The notes under the pieces: generated by a model | Told to the model about the DNA's origin: nothing | The model's input: only the letters and a program-made list of their open reading frames with translations | Databases searched by the model: none | DNA from: an uncultured Actinomycetota bacterium | GTDB lineage: Bacteria > Actinomycetota > Acidimicrobiia > Spongiisociales > UBA5794 | DNA: 64,000 nt | Direction: 5' to 3' | Assembly: GCA_963715255.1 (NCBI GenBank) | Contig: CAVQRN010000005.1 | Span: 78,564 to 142,563, forward strand | Program-made: the position numbers and the translations under genes | Part shown: positions 39,005-49,375 of the stretch, piece by piece | How the letters are laid out: each line of letters opens with the position of its first letter | Position numbering within the stretch: the first letter of the stretch is position 1

Positions 39005-39172
39005 ATGGCGACGATATCGCGGCGACTCGCCGCCGGCTGGACGAAACCGCGAACCCGAGAGCCTGGCAGACCACCCCGCCTATAGCGGCACGGGTGGGCG
39101 GTTTCGCATGCGGGGGTAGGAAGAGTCAAATTTCTCTGTCCGGTTTGGTGGGAGCGGCCGCATCCTATGGGT

Positions 39173-39622
39173 ATGACGACGCTCGTCAAGGGTGAAGTGT
39201 TCCAACGGTATGGGGTTGAGTTGACTCGTTTCGCAACTTCGCTGGTCGGACCCGCCGACGCACAAGACGTTGTGTCTGATGCGCTTGTCGCAGCACTGTG
39301 GTCCGAGGGCTAGGGCCAGGTCGAGAACCAGCGCGCCTACCTCTATCGCACCGTCGTGTCCCAGGCTCGGAGCGCTCGTGTTGTCACTGTTCATTCGCCG
39401 GAAGCTGCGCCCGTTGATTCAAACGAGGAGCCAAGAGGACCTGGTTGCTCTCGAGGAGCTCATCGAAGCCGGGACGCTGGCCATCACCGTGTGAGGCGCC
39501 AACCACCACTCGGACCACCAAATACGTCGCCGTATCACCATTTCGCCGACTGTCCGGGAACGGCACTTCTCGGTGAGCGGGAGCGGAAGCCTTCGCGCGG
39601 GTTCCTCCGCCTCAGGCGGTGA
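39173..39622 (+). pseudogene. ECF sigma-70-like remnant with in-frame TAG
   Basis: MTTLVKGEVFQRYGVELTRFATSLVGPADAQDVVSDALVAALWSEG, then TAG (39311-39313), then GQVENQRAYLYRTVVSQARSA resembles sigma region 2. No region 4 follows. The 3' part overlaps the ABC permease gene end. Confidence 0.5.
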
Positions 39623-40421
39623 TGTCACGGCGGTCGACGACCACCATGGCGAAGCACAGCAGGATCAGACCCAGCACCACCATGATGACGGCCGGTCGCC
39701 ATTGGATTCCATCGAGGGCCCATTTCCCGGGAGATACGTAGTGGAACAGCGAGATTGGGGCGATGGGTTCCAGCGGGCTCCAGAGGCTGGAGGCGAAGTT
39801 GAGGAAGTACGACCCAACGGTGAATCCGACGGCAATCGAATAGACGCGACTGCGCGTCGATGAGGCCGCCGAAGTGAGGAAGGCCACACCACCGATGAGT
39901 ACCAGCATCGGCACCAGGCTGAGCGGCAAGAGGAGTGCCGTCACCGGCGAGAAATCGGCCAGGGCGTCGAAGAACACGATGCCGGCCACCGTCCCCAGAT
40001 AGGAGGCGGCCAGGAGCACGACCACCCCCAGGCCCCAGGCCGTCACCCGGGCTGCCAGTATGACCCGGCGATCGACCGGGCGGGAGGCCAGAAACTCGAT
40101 GGTGCCATCTTCGACTTCCCGCGCAATCGCCATGGCGGCGCTGGCCACGATCCATACGACGAGCAGCATCAGGGTGAAGGGATGGACGTAGCCGAAGCCA
40201 AGCCATCCTTGCGGAGTCAGGATGTTGACCGAGCTCCCGGTGAACACGTCGAAGACATTCATCAGCGAGCTGTCCTCGAAGAGGTTGTCGGGCAAGAGAC
40301 CGGTACCGAATGCCTGGAACGTACCGGCCAGCAGCAGACCCATCAGGAACAAGCCGACCGCCAGACTCCACCGCAAGGTGCGATGGCGGCGCCACGCAGT
40401 CCACAGCAACATCCCGAACAT
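39612..40421 (-). CDS. ABC-2 type transporter permease
   Basis: Start MFGMLLWTAWRRHRTLRW (ATG 40421, TGATG overlap with the ATPase stop). 269 aa with about 6 TM helices. This is the C-terminal part of track ORF 39612..41264. Confidence 0.8.
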   Translation of the reverse strand: MFGMLLWTAWRRHRTLRWSLAVGLFLMGLLLAGTFQAFGTGLLPDNLFEDSSLMNVFDVFTGSSVNILTPQGWLGFGYVHPFTLMLLVVWIVASAAMAIAREVEDGTIEFLASRPVDRRVILAARVTAWGLGVVVLLAASYLGTVAGIVFFDALADFSPVTALLLPLSLVPMLVLIGGVAFLTSAASSTRSRVYSIAVGFTVGSYFLNFASSLWSPLEPIAPISLFHYVSPGKWALDGIQWRPAVIMVVLGLILLCFAMVVVDRRDITA

Positions 40422-41325
40422 CAGGAGTGTTCTTCCCGGTAGTAGGCGAGGAATCTCTCCTCGAGTGACGCTGTTGCCAGCGTCAGATCCTCGACGGGGA
40501 GATCCACAACCAGCCGGAGCAGAGCATTGGGGTTGCCGGTGAAGGTCACCACATGGTGACGGGTCGTTCCCTCCACGTCGACGACGTTCTCCAGCTCCCG
40601 CCAAGGCAATTCGATCGGATCGCTGAAGACGACCTCCAGCCGCCGTAGCGCCCGGCTCCGCACATCGGCGAGGGTTCCTTCGAAGATGATCTTCCCTCCT
40701 CTCACCATCGCCATACGGTCGCAGGTGCGCTCCACCTCGGACAGCGCGTGACTGGAGAGCAGAACCGTCTTCCCGTCCCTCGCCTCCTCTTCGATCAGCT
40801 CCACGAACGTCGCTTGCATGAGGGGATCTAGCCCTTCGGTGGGCTCGTCGAGGATCAGGAGGGGAGGATCGTGCTGCAGCGCCGAGACGATCCCCAGCTT
40901 CTGCCCATCCACCGCGAATAGGTCCGCACCTTGCGGTCCAGTACCTGCGCGGACAGCTCGAACCGTTCGAGCAGCTCAGCCTGGCGGCGCGGGGGCAGAC
41001 TGTGCAGGGCGGCGAGAAGACGGAGGTTCTCGCGGCCGGATGCCTCCCCATAGAGGCGGACCTCACCGGGCAGAAACCCGATCTCGGACTGCACCGCTCT
41101 ACGTCGCCGGCGCACGTCCATACCAAACACGCTCGCGGAACCGGCGGTGGCGTTGAGGAGACCGGCGAGGATACGGAGAGCGGTGGTCTTGCCGGCGCCG
41201 TTGGGGCCAATGAATCCGTACACGATCCCGTGCGGAACGTGCAGGTCGATGCCGTCGAGAGCAACCGTCGGTCCGAACCGCTTCACCAGGCCCGATACGC
41301 TGATGGCCGGCCGCCCCGAGGTCAT
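40421..41325 (-). CDS. ABC transporter ATP-binding protein, frame switch near 40910
   Basis: Walker A GPNGAGKTT is in ORF 40855..41325. Signature-like QKLGIVSAL, Walker B LLILDEPTEGLD and the H-loop LLSSHAL are in ORF 40421..40912. Confidence 0.85.
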
Positions 41326-41445
41326 GAAGGCACGTTAGCCGGGTGTTGTCGGGTGGCCACGATCGCCGTGGCTGCATTCATCGGGATGCAGCGAATTGTG
41401 CTCAGTCGATGGCGCCGCTCGGCGCATGCAGGATTCGCCGTTGGG

Positions 41446-41509
41446 GGTTCCCGCCGAGGAACCCATCATTGCCGGTCTCTCCGCTGCCGTCGTCGTCGTG
41501 GAGGCGGCC
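41446..41509 (+). pseudogene. duplicated fragment of dprA (copy of 38127..38191)
   Basis: 59 of 65 positions match in my hand alignment. It translates to IIAGLSAAVVVVEAA followed by TGA, identical to 15 residues of DprA. It lies 122 nt upstream of xerC. Confidence 0.8.
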
Positions 41510-41630
41510 TGACCCACCGCCGGCGAAAGGAGAGTCCGGCCGAATGGGAGGTTGCCGAAAGGCGTGTCTTGCTCTGGCCGCTCCCGATTGGGTCGTTGAC
41601 CTTCATCGACGATGCCACGACCATGACGGG

Positions 41631-42509
41631 ATGCGCAATGGGGGTATCGATGCGGCCGTCGACGACTACCTGGAGCGGCTCTCCGCAGAGCGGGGGCTGT
41701 CCGGGCACACGGTCGATGCATATCGTCGTGATCTCAGTCAGTTCACGACGATGTGTCATCGGCTCGGTATCGAGCGCCTCGACGGTGTCGAACGCCGCAC
41801 CGTTCGTCGATTCCTCTCCCAACTCACAACGCTGCACTATTCGCGAAGGTCGGTGGCGAGGAAAGCCTCAGCTGTTCGGACATTCCTCGAAGATGCCGCA
41901 CGTCGAGGAACGATCCCCGCGAATCCGGCTTCCGGTGTCCCGCAGCCGAAACGTCCCGGGACACTTCCGAAGTCCATCCCGGCCCCAACACTCAAACGGT
42001 TCCTCGACGATCTCGATGGTTCCGATCCCGTCGATCTTCGCGACCGCGCACTTCTCGAAGTCCTCTACGGAACCGGAGTGCGGGTCTCCGAGCTCGCAGC
42101 GATGACCACGCACGACATCGGCGAGGGACCGTTCATCACGGTGCACGGGAAGGGCAACAAGGAGCGGGCGGTACCGGTCGGTGACCAAGCGAGGCGAGCG
42201 ACCGCGACCTATCTCCAGAGAGGACGTCCTGTGCTCGCCGGGCCCACCAGCGGAGACGCTCTCTGGGTCGGCGTTCGGGGCGGGCCGCTCGACCCGAGAG
42301 GCATCCGCCGCGTCGTCAAGAATCGCCTCGGAACATTCCCCCATGCACTCCGTCATTCGTACGCCACGCATCTCCTCGAAGGGGGCGCCGATCTGCGAAG
42401 CGTCCAGGATCTTCTCGGACACTCTGAACTGGCAACCACGCAGATATACACTGCCATCACCCGAGAGCATCTCAAGAAGACGTATGAGCGGAGCCACCCA
42501 CGTGCATGA
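41631..42509 (+). CDS. xerC: tyrosine recombinase XerC/XerD family
   Basis: ATG 41631 ([35 protein letters not shown]) in frame with track ORF 41343..42509. Catalytic texts [44 protein letters not shown]. Confidence 0.9.
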   Translation: MRNGGIDAAVDDYLERLSAERGLSGHTVDAYRRDLSQFTTMCHRLGIERLDGVERRTVRRFLSQLTTLHYSRRSVARKASAVRTFLEDAARRGTIPANPASGVPQPKRPGTLPKSIPAPTLKRFLDDLDGSDPVDLRDRALLEVLYGTGVRVSELAAMTTHDIGEGPFITVHGKGNKERAVPVGDQARRATATYLQRGRPVLAGPTSGDALWVGVRGGPLDPRGIRRVVKNRLGTFPHALRHSYATHLLEGGADLRSVQDLLGHSELATTQIYTAITREHLKKTYERSHPRA

Positions 42510-43267
42510 ACGCCGAGACGATGAACTCGCTGGACTCTGGGAGACGTTCAAGAGCACTGGCGATCAGCGTGCCAGGGAAGGTCTGATTCTCCACTTCTCG
42601 CCGCTCGTCAAGTTCGTTGCGGGCCGGCTCGGCTCCGGTCTGCCCCGCAACGTCGATCCGTCGGATCTCGTGTCCTATGGAACATTCGGGCTCATCGATG
42701 CCATCGACAAGTTTGAGCCCGAGCGCGGGTACAAGTTCGAGACGTACGCGGTGAATCGCATCAAGGGAGCGATCCTCGACGAACTCCACCGCGCTCGACT
42801 GGGTTCCCCGATCTGTTCGAGCGAGAGCCCGCGAGATTCAGCGCTCGATGGCAGAACTCGAACACAGTCTCCAGCGCACAGCCACTGAAGACGAGTTGGC
42901 CGACCACATGGATATCCCCGTCGATTCTCTGCGTGATCAACTCGGTGAGCTGTCGACCTTGGGCTTCGTGGCTCTCGACGAACTCCTCAATCCGGACGAG
43001 CGTGACTCGTCGTCAGTGCGCGATGTTGTCCCGGACTCGGGGGCTCTCGATCCGAGCGGATCGTTTGAGCGGGAAGAGACCCGGTACCTCCTCGCCGATT
43101 CGATCAACCGGCTCCCCGAGCGAGATCGGCTCGTCGTGACGCTCTACTACTTCGAGGGCCTCACTCTGGCCGAGATCGGTTCGGTGCTCAACGTCACCGA
43201 GTCGCGCGTGTGCCAGATCCATACGAAGGCAGTGCTGAGTCTCAGGAACCGTTTCATCGAGCCGTGA
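42484..43267 (+). CDS. whiG: FliA/WhiG family RNA polymerase sigma factor, one extra base near 42788
   Basis: Region 2 [16 protein letters not shown]...[33 protein letters not shown] is in ORF 42181..42888. [22 protein letters not shown]... and the region 4 text [24 protein letters not shown] are in ORF 42848..43267. Confidence 0.85.
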
Positions 43268-43286
43268 GTGCTCGCTGCGCTCACGG
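43262..43286 (+). terminator. stem-loop spanning the whiG stop codon
   Basis: ccgtgagtgc / gcgctcacgg form about a 10-bp stem (one G-U pair) with a 5-nt loop, followed by ttgtcggttctg. Confidence 0.45.
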
Positions 43287-43300
43287 TTGTCGGTTCTGAG

Positions 43301-43363
43301 GCTTCAAGCTTCAAGCTGCAAGCGTCAAGATCGAAGCTTGGCTCTTGCGGCTTGTAGCTGGCA
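43301..43363. repeat. inverted heptamer arrays (GCTNCAA)5 then (TTGNNGC-type)4
   Basis: gcttcaa gcttcaa gctgcaa gcgtcaa gatcgaa | gcttggc tcttgcg gcttgta gctggca. gctgcaa is the reverse complement of the ttgcagc unit at 53290..53366. Confidence 0.7.
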
Positions 43364-43512
43364 GCCTGTGGGCGTCGCGTGCCGGCTCAAGCTACGAAAG
43401 CCGTGCCCCTAGAATCCAGGCAAATTCGCACGTTCACTACAAACCCCTGAGGTCGGATCGCAGACGCGGTCTGTGGGGTGTTCCGGGTGGGCGGAGGCGT
43501 GAACCCGAACAC

Positions 43513-43518
43513 AGGAGG
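43513..43518 (+). promoter_or_regulatory. Shine-Dalgarno of rpsB
   Basis: aggagg lies 6 nt upstream of ATG 43525. Confidence 0.6.
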
Positions 43519-43524
43519 AACCAC

Positions 43525-44391
43525 ATGTCCGTGGTGAGTATGCGACAGCTGCTCGAGGCCGGAATGCACTTCGGCCACCAGACCCGTCGTTGGAACCCGA
43601 AGATGCGTCCGTACATCTTCACGGAGCGCAACGGCATCCACATCATCGATCTTCGACAGACCCTCGAGCAGGTCGAGAAGGCGTACGCCCTCGTTCGTGA
43701 CGCCGTGGCAGACGGTGGAACCGTGCTGTTCGTCGGAACCAAGAAGCAGGCCCAAGGCGCAGTCGAAGAAGCGGCCAACAAGGCCGGTATGCCGTACGTC
43801 AACAACCGCTGGCTCGGCGGCATGCTCACGAACTTCCAGACGATTCACAAGCGGATTCTCTACATGCTCGAACTCGAGCAGATGGAGAGTTCCGGAGAGA
43901 TGGAGTCACTTCCGAAGAAGGAACGCCTCCGCCTCCGTCGCGAACTCGAGAAGCTCCACACCGTGCTCGGCGGCGTGCGCGACATGAAGCGCCCCCCGGA
44001 CGCAGTGTTCGTGATCGACGTGCTCACCGAGCACATCGCCGTTCTCGAAGCCAAGCGTCTCGCAATTCCGCTGATTGCGATCGTCGACACGAACTGCGAT
44101 CCGGATTCCGTCGACATCGTGATTCCCGGCAATGACGACGCCATTCGCACGATCCTCCTCATCAGCGACGTCATTGCAGAAGCAGCGAAGGAGGGACGCG
44201 AGACCAGGGAAGCGAGCCGGAAGGACGTTCCCGCCAAGGATGCTCCGGTCAAGGATGCTCCCGCCAAGAAGAAAGCCCCGCCGACACCGCCACCGAATGA
44301 GGTCGTGGTGCTGGACGAGATTCAGGCAGAGAGTGCGGCGGCCGAAGGCAGCAGCACCGAACCGGCAGAGACCATGGAGGAGTTGGCGTGA
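43525..44391 (+). CDS. rpsB: 30S ribosomal protein S2 with Lys/Pro/Ala-rich C-terminal tail
   Basis: [32 protein letters not shown]..., in frame with track ORF 43345..44391. Confidence 0.93.
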   Translation: MSVVSMRQLLEAGMHFGHQTRRWNPKMRPYIFTERNGIHIIDLRQTLEQVEKAYALVRDAVADGGTVLFVGTKKQAQGAVEEAANKAGMPYVNNRWLGGMLTNFQTIHKRILYMLELEQMESSGEMESLPKKERLRLRRELEKLHTVLGGVRDMKRPPDAVFVIDVLTEHIAVLEAKRLAIPLIAIVDTNCDPDSVDIVIPGNDDAIRTILLISDVIAEAAKEGRETREASRKDVPAKDAPVKDAPAKKKAPPTPPPNEVVVLDEIQAESAAAEGSSTEPAETMEELA

Positions 44392-45005
44392 GCGATTTCA
44401 CCGCCAAGGATGTTCAAGCCCTTCGGCAATCGACCGGCGCAGGGATGATGGACGCAAAGCGAGCCCTCGCCGAGACCGGCGGGGACATGGGTCGTGCAAA
44501 GGACCTGCTTCGCGAGCAGGGACTTGCAGATGCAGCCAAGCGTGCCGGTCGCAGCCAGACCGAAGGAGCCATCGGCTCGTACCTGCATCGCCAGGCCGAT
44601 CGCCCCGTCATAGGGGTGCTGATGGAACTCGCGTCTGAGACGGATTTCGTCGCCAAGAGCGCCGAATTTCAGGAGATCGCGAACGACATTGCCATGCATG
44701 TGGCCGCGGCTCGACCGAGTTGGATCAGTCGTGACGATGTCCCCGAAGATGCCATCGCCGACGAGAAGCGACTCATCGCCGCTCAGGCGGTCAACGAGGG
44801 GAAACCGGAGCACATCGTTGAGAAGATCGTCGAAGGGCGCCTCAACAGCTTCTTCGCCGACAACGTGCTCTACGACCAGGTGTTCGTGAAGAGCGAGACC
44901 TTCGACGGCACCGTGGGTGAGCTGGTCAAGCAACTCGCGTCGAAGATGGGCGAGAACATCAGCGTCTCGAAGATGGCCAGGCTGGCCGTCGGCGAGGAGA
45001 GCTGA
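44388..45005 (+). CDS. tsf: translation elongation factor Ts (short form)
   Basis: 205 aa, GTG overlaps the rpsB stop. UBA-like [26 protein letters not shown]; [12 protein letters not shown]. Confidence 0.9.
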   Translation: MSDFTAKDVQALRQSTGAGMMDAKRALAETGGDMGRAKDLLREQGLADAAKRAGRSQTEGAIGSYLHRQADRPVIGVLMELASETDFVAKSAEFQEIANDIAMHVAAARPSWISRDDVPEDAIADEKRLIAAQAVNEGKPEHIVEKIVEGRLNSFFADNVLYDQVFVKSETFDGTVGELVKQLASKMGENISVSKMARLAVGEES

Positions 45006-45707
45006 TGCGCCGGGTCGTTCTCAAGCTCTCGGGAGAGGCCTTTGCCGATCCGGAGATGCAGTATGGGATCGATCCGACGATCGTTTCACCGCGTCGCCGA
45101 GGAGATTTCGGGCGTACACCGTGAGGGGTACGAGATCGGGATTGTCGTCGGCGGCGGCAACATCTTCCGCGGTGTATCTGCGGCGGCGGGAACCATGGAT
45201 CGTGCGAGCGCGGACTACATGGGCATGCTCGCCACCGTCATCAACGCGCTCGCCCTGCGTGACGCACTCGAGCACGCCGGTTCGCCAACCCGCGTACAGA
45301 CGGCGATCTCGATTCAGCAGGTCGCCGAGCCCTACATTCGTCTCAGAGCGATCCGACACCTCGAGAAGGGTCGGATCGTCGTATTCGCGGGGGGCACCGG
45401 CAACCCGTTCTTCACAACCGACACGACGGCCGCGCTGCGCGGGGCCGAGATCGGGGCCGCCGCCATCCTCAAGGGCACGAAGGTCGATGGCGTCTACGAC
45501 GCCGACCCAACGACAACACCGGAGGCCCACCTCCTCGGCGACGTCACCTACATGGAGGCAATCCAGCGGCAACTTGGGGTGATGGATGCGACTGCCATTA
45601 CGATGTGCATGGAGAATCACCTTCCGATCCGCGTGTTCAATATGAACCGACCCGGTGAGATAGCAGGGGCCGTCCGCGGAGAGGACGTTGGAACCCTGGT
45701 TCACTGA
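45005..45707 (+). CDS. pyrH: UMP kinase, one extra T in the TTT run at 45084-45086
   Basis: [27 protein letters not shown] (ATG 45005, overlaps the tsf TGA), then [29 protein letters not shown]... in track ORF 45042..45707. Confidence 0.88.
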
Positions 45708-45716
45708 GGAGGCGCC

Positions 45717-46263
45717 GTGATCAACGATCTGCTGAGAGATGCCGAGCACAAGATGGATCAGGCGGTTGTGCACGCGAAGCAGGAATTTGGCGGGATCCGG
45801 ACCGGGCGTGCGAATCCCGGGCTCTTGAGTCGCATCAACGTCGACTACTACGGCACCCAGACGCCTCTCCAACAGATAGCCGGATTCACGGTCCCGGAAG
45901 CGCCGGCTGCTCGTCATCCAGCCCTACGACAGAACCGCGATCCCCGCTATTGAACGGGCGATTCAAGAGGCAGATCTGGGCCTCAACCCATCAAACGACG
46001 GCAATGTCATCCGTCTCTCCTTTCCATCCCTCACCGAGGAACGGCGCAGGGAACTCATCCGCGTTGTGCGGCACCTTGCCGAAGAGGGACGCATCTCGAT
46101 CAGGAACGTGCGGCGTCATTACAAGGACCTCATCGAGTCGGAGGACACGTCCGAGGATGACATCCGCCGAGCTGAGAGAGTGCTCCAGACAAAGACGGAC
46201 GAACACATCGAGCGGCTCGATGGGATCCTTGCGACGAAAGAGGAAGAGCTCCTCGAGGTATAG
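45717..46263 (+). CDS. frr: ribosome recycling factor, one extra base near 45903
   Basis: MINDLLRDAEHKMDQAVVHAKQEFGGIRTGRANPGLLSRINVDYYGTQTPLQQIAGFTVPEA, then RLLVIQPYDRTAIPAIERAIQEADLGLNPSNDGNVIRLSFPSLTEERRRELIRVVRHLAEEGRISIRNVRR... in the frame of ORF 46066..46263. Confidence 0.88.
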
Positions 46264-46277
46264 GGGTGCTCTGAGCA

Positions 46278-48186
46278 ATGCCGACAGATAACGATCACCC
46301 GCCGGAAGATGAACCGTCGCCCGACGACACCGTCACGTCATCCGAGAGCCATGCTGCCGTGGCCGGCTTCGAATCGACAGATGCGCCGCTCGAGCCGTTC
46401 GGCGAAGTACTCTCAGGAGCTATGGACCGACACGACCCCGAAGCAACCGGTGAACTCGACCTACCGGCAGAGAGCGAGAACCTCGCTCCTCATCCAGCCG
46501 AAGCCGACCCGGGCTTCGATGGATGGCTCGATGACAACGCGACCTCGGCGCAGAGCGAAGATCCGTTCGCCGCGTTGACCAAACCCGAAGAGGGCGACGA
46601 CCCCGCCGCGGAGATCGCCGACTGGATGGCGTTTACGAGCGCGGCAGCGGACGAGCCATCCGTCTCCGACGAAGTCGAGGTCGTTATCGACGTCACCGAC
46701 ACGGTCGTTTCCGAAGAGGGGACACTCGAAGGCGAGCCCACAGATTCGATCGAGGAAGGCTCGGATGCCGGAGACCCTCCCTTCGTCCGGATCTCCGATC
46801 CGGAAGGTGATGATCCTCATGAGGACACCGTCGAACTCTTCCTCGGAGACGCGGTGGGCGAACAGGACGATGAGCCGGAGGGCGCGGTCGTGGATGACCT
46901 GATAGGCGCAGACTCGGATGAGCGGGATGCTGCGTTCGAACACGTCGAAGAGGCCGCTGCTCTTGGTGTGCCATTCGATGAAGCCGGTCAAGCCGACCCG
47001 CAGAGGTTGACGGTATTGCCGATAGTGTCAATCGGGGCGGCAGCGGCGGGAAGTGATCGGGTACCCGAGACGATCAGCGGTGAGGCAGCCGATGCCGACG
47101 ATGACACGGGTGAGGTGCCGATCGTCGGATTCGCGGAGCCGGACATCGATTCCGAGGGCGGATCGACCGTCTTCGACATGGAGGACTTCACGGAAGAGCA
47201 CTATCTCGACGCGGCCACGCGCGAGCACCATGACCTCGCGGCGGCGATCAGTGCCGCGGAATTCGAAGACACCGAGCAGGTGGCCCTCTCTGCGGCTATC
47301 CCCGGACTTGAATCCGGTGTCTTGGGATTCGACGACGTTGTCAATCCCCGCACAGATGGTTCCTCGACGCGGGTCGCTCCGCCGAAGTCGTCGGATCTCG
47401 TCCTTCGTGTCGGTACCGGAGTGGCGCTGGTTGCCGCTTTCCTGCTCTCGCTGCTCTGGCGCCCCGCGATCATCGTGCTGGCCCTGGCAGTGTTCGTCGT
47501 CGCGGCGGGGGAGTTCTACAGCGTCTTGATGCACCGCCGGTACAAGCCGCTGTCGATCTTCGGATTCCTGGGAATCGTCGGCGCAGGCCTCGGAACGGTC
47601 GTGTGGGGGATCGTCGCGATCCCGATCGCGTTTGCTCTGATGATCACCGTCATCCTGCTCTTCGATGCCGTCAGCCAGCGTCGCCATGGCGCCGTCACCG
47701 GATTCTCACTCACCATCCTTGCTCGCGGTCTGGATCGGCGGATTCGGAGCATTTGCTTTCCCGATCATCGCAGCCGACAACTACCAGGCGCTCGTTCTGA
47801 CCGTTGTGGGGATGGTCGCTCTCGTCGACATCGCTGCATACTTCGTTGGCAGAACGATCGGCCGCCGCTCCTTCGCTCCGGTGATCTCCCCGAAGAAGAC
47901 GATCGAAGGGTTCGTCGGCGGCACGCTCATGGCTCTCCTAGCCGGAGCCGTCGCCAGCTTCTTCGTCGAGGCGATCGATCTCCCCGCTGGTCTCATCCTC
48001 GGTGTCGTCGTCGCCGTCTTCGCACCGCTCGGTGATCTCTCCGTATCGGTGGCCAAGAGATCGCTGAACATCAAGGACATGGGTTCGATCCTGCCGGGGC
48101 ACGGCGGTCTCCTCGATCGGATCGATGCCATCATCGCGGTCGTCCCTGCGGCCTGGGCAGCATTCGTGTGGATGGGTTTGCTCTGA
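46278..48186 (+). CDS. cdsA: phosphatidate cytidylyltransferase with ~350 aa acidic N-terminal extension, one extra base near 47721
   Basis: CdsA signature SVAKRSLNIKDMGSILPGHGGLLDRID is in ORF 47665..48186. The TM region starts near 47390 in ORF 46278..48035. The N-terminal part is D/E/P/A-rich with no TM helix. Confidence 0.82.
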
Positions 48187-49322
48187 CCCCGATCGTTGTC
48201 CTGGGGGCCACCGGGTCGATCGGACGCCAGACACTCGACGTAGCCGATCGTCTCAATCGTTCCGTTCTTGGGCTTGCAGCGGGATCGTTGTCGGACGAGA
48301 TCGTCAATCTGGCCGACCGGTACCCGGGAGCACGCGTCGCCGTGGCCCACATACCCGAACGACCGATTGATGCGGCGCTCGGGCGTCGGATCGACTTCGG
48401 GCCGGAGGCGGTCGCCGCGCTCGCCCGACTGCCGGAGACCACGGTGGTCAACGGCATCGTCGGAGCGGCCGGTCTCGAGCCGTCACTTGCGGCCCTCGAG
48501 AGCGGAAACCGGCTGGCTCTCGCCAACAAGGAGAGCCTCCTGACGGGCGGACCCCTCGTTCTCTCGGCGCTCGCATCGGGTGGCGGTGAGCTCGTTCCCG
48601 TCGATAGCGAACACTCGGCCATCTGGCAGTGCATCGAAGGCGAGTCCGTGGAAGAGATTCGTCGGGTGATCCTCACCGCGTCGGGCGGGCCATTCCATGC
48701 TCGTCCCGATGTCGATCTCGAACGAGTCTCCGTTGCGGATGCCCTCGCACACCCGACGTGGAACATGGGTCAGCGGATTTCGATCGATTCGGCGACACTG
48801 ATGAACAAGGCCTTCGAAGTCATCGAAGCGCACTTCCTGTTCACGCTCGCCTACGACCAGATCGATGTCGTTATCCACCCCGGGAGCTTCGTGCATTCGC
48901 TTGTGGAGTTCATCGACGGTGTTGTCAAGGCCGAACTCGGCCCGCCCGACATGCGCAAGCCGATCCAGCGTGCGTTGACCTGGCCGGAGCGAGCACAAGC
49001 ACCCGTCGTGCCGATCGACCTCGTGGGAAACGTTCTGACCTTCTCTGCTCCTGATCGAACGCGTTTCCCCGCCCTCGATCTCGGCTACAAAGCCGGACGG
49101 CGAGGCGGAAACGGACCCGCGGTTCTCAACGCCGCCGATGAGGTGGCCGTCGCTGCATTCTTGGATCGTCGCATCCGATTCACGGACATCGTCGCCGTGG
49201 CAGCAGGCGCCCTGGAGGCTGTGCCGCCGGCACCGATTTCGACGTTGGCCGACGCACTTGCCGCCGACGCAGCCGGGCGGGCCGCGGCGACGGAATCGAT
49301 CGCCCGGCGGATCTCCCGGTAG
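48168..49322 (+). CDS. dxr: 1-deoxy-D-xylulose 5-phosphate reductoisomerase
   Basis: 384 aa, GTG start overlapping the cdsA end. VVLGATGSIGRQTLDV, LANKESLL, DSEHSAIWQC, HPTWNMG. Confidence 0.92.
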   Translation: MDGFALTPIVVLGATGSIGRQTLDVADRLNRSVLGLAAGSLSDEIVNLADRYPGARVAVAHIPERPIDAALGRRIDFGPEAVAALARLPETTVVNGIVGAAGLEPSLAALESGNRLALANKESLLTGGPLVLSALASGGGELVPVDSEHSAIWQCIEGESVEEIRRVILTASGGPFHARPDVDLERVSVADALAHPTWNMGQRISIDSATLMNKAFEVIEAHFLFTLAYDQIDVVIHPGSFVHSLVEFIDGVVKAELGPPDMRKPIQRALTWPERAQAPVVPIDLVGNVLTFSAPDRTRFPALDLGYKAGRRGGNGPAVLNAADEVAVAAFLDRRIRFTDIVAVAAGALEAVPPAPISTLADALAADAAGRAAATESIARRISR

Positions 49323-49375
49323 TCGGGACGGTCCGGTACCGTTGATCGCATGAGATCGACCGTAGGCACCAGTTG

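Noticed and set aside
39311-39313. In-frame TAG read as pyrrolysine or a suppressed stop in the sigma-like ORF
   Set aside because: There are no pyl genes, and the downstream text lacks sigma region 4. A nonsense mutation in a decaying gene is simpler.
39612-41264. 550 aa minus-strand ORF suggesting a large fusion protein
   Set aside because: Only the C-terminal 269 aa (from MFGMLLW, ATG 40421) is the ABC-2 permease. The upstream part is an out-of-frame read-through of the ATPase gene, whose own motifs lie in other frames.
41631-42509. xerC acting as the integrase of the dprA-xerC islet
   Set aside because: Its length and motifs are those of housekeeping XerC/XerD, and dprA-xerC adjacency is conserved in Actinobacteria. 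I cannot exclude involvement, but nothing in the sequence supports it.
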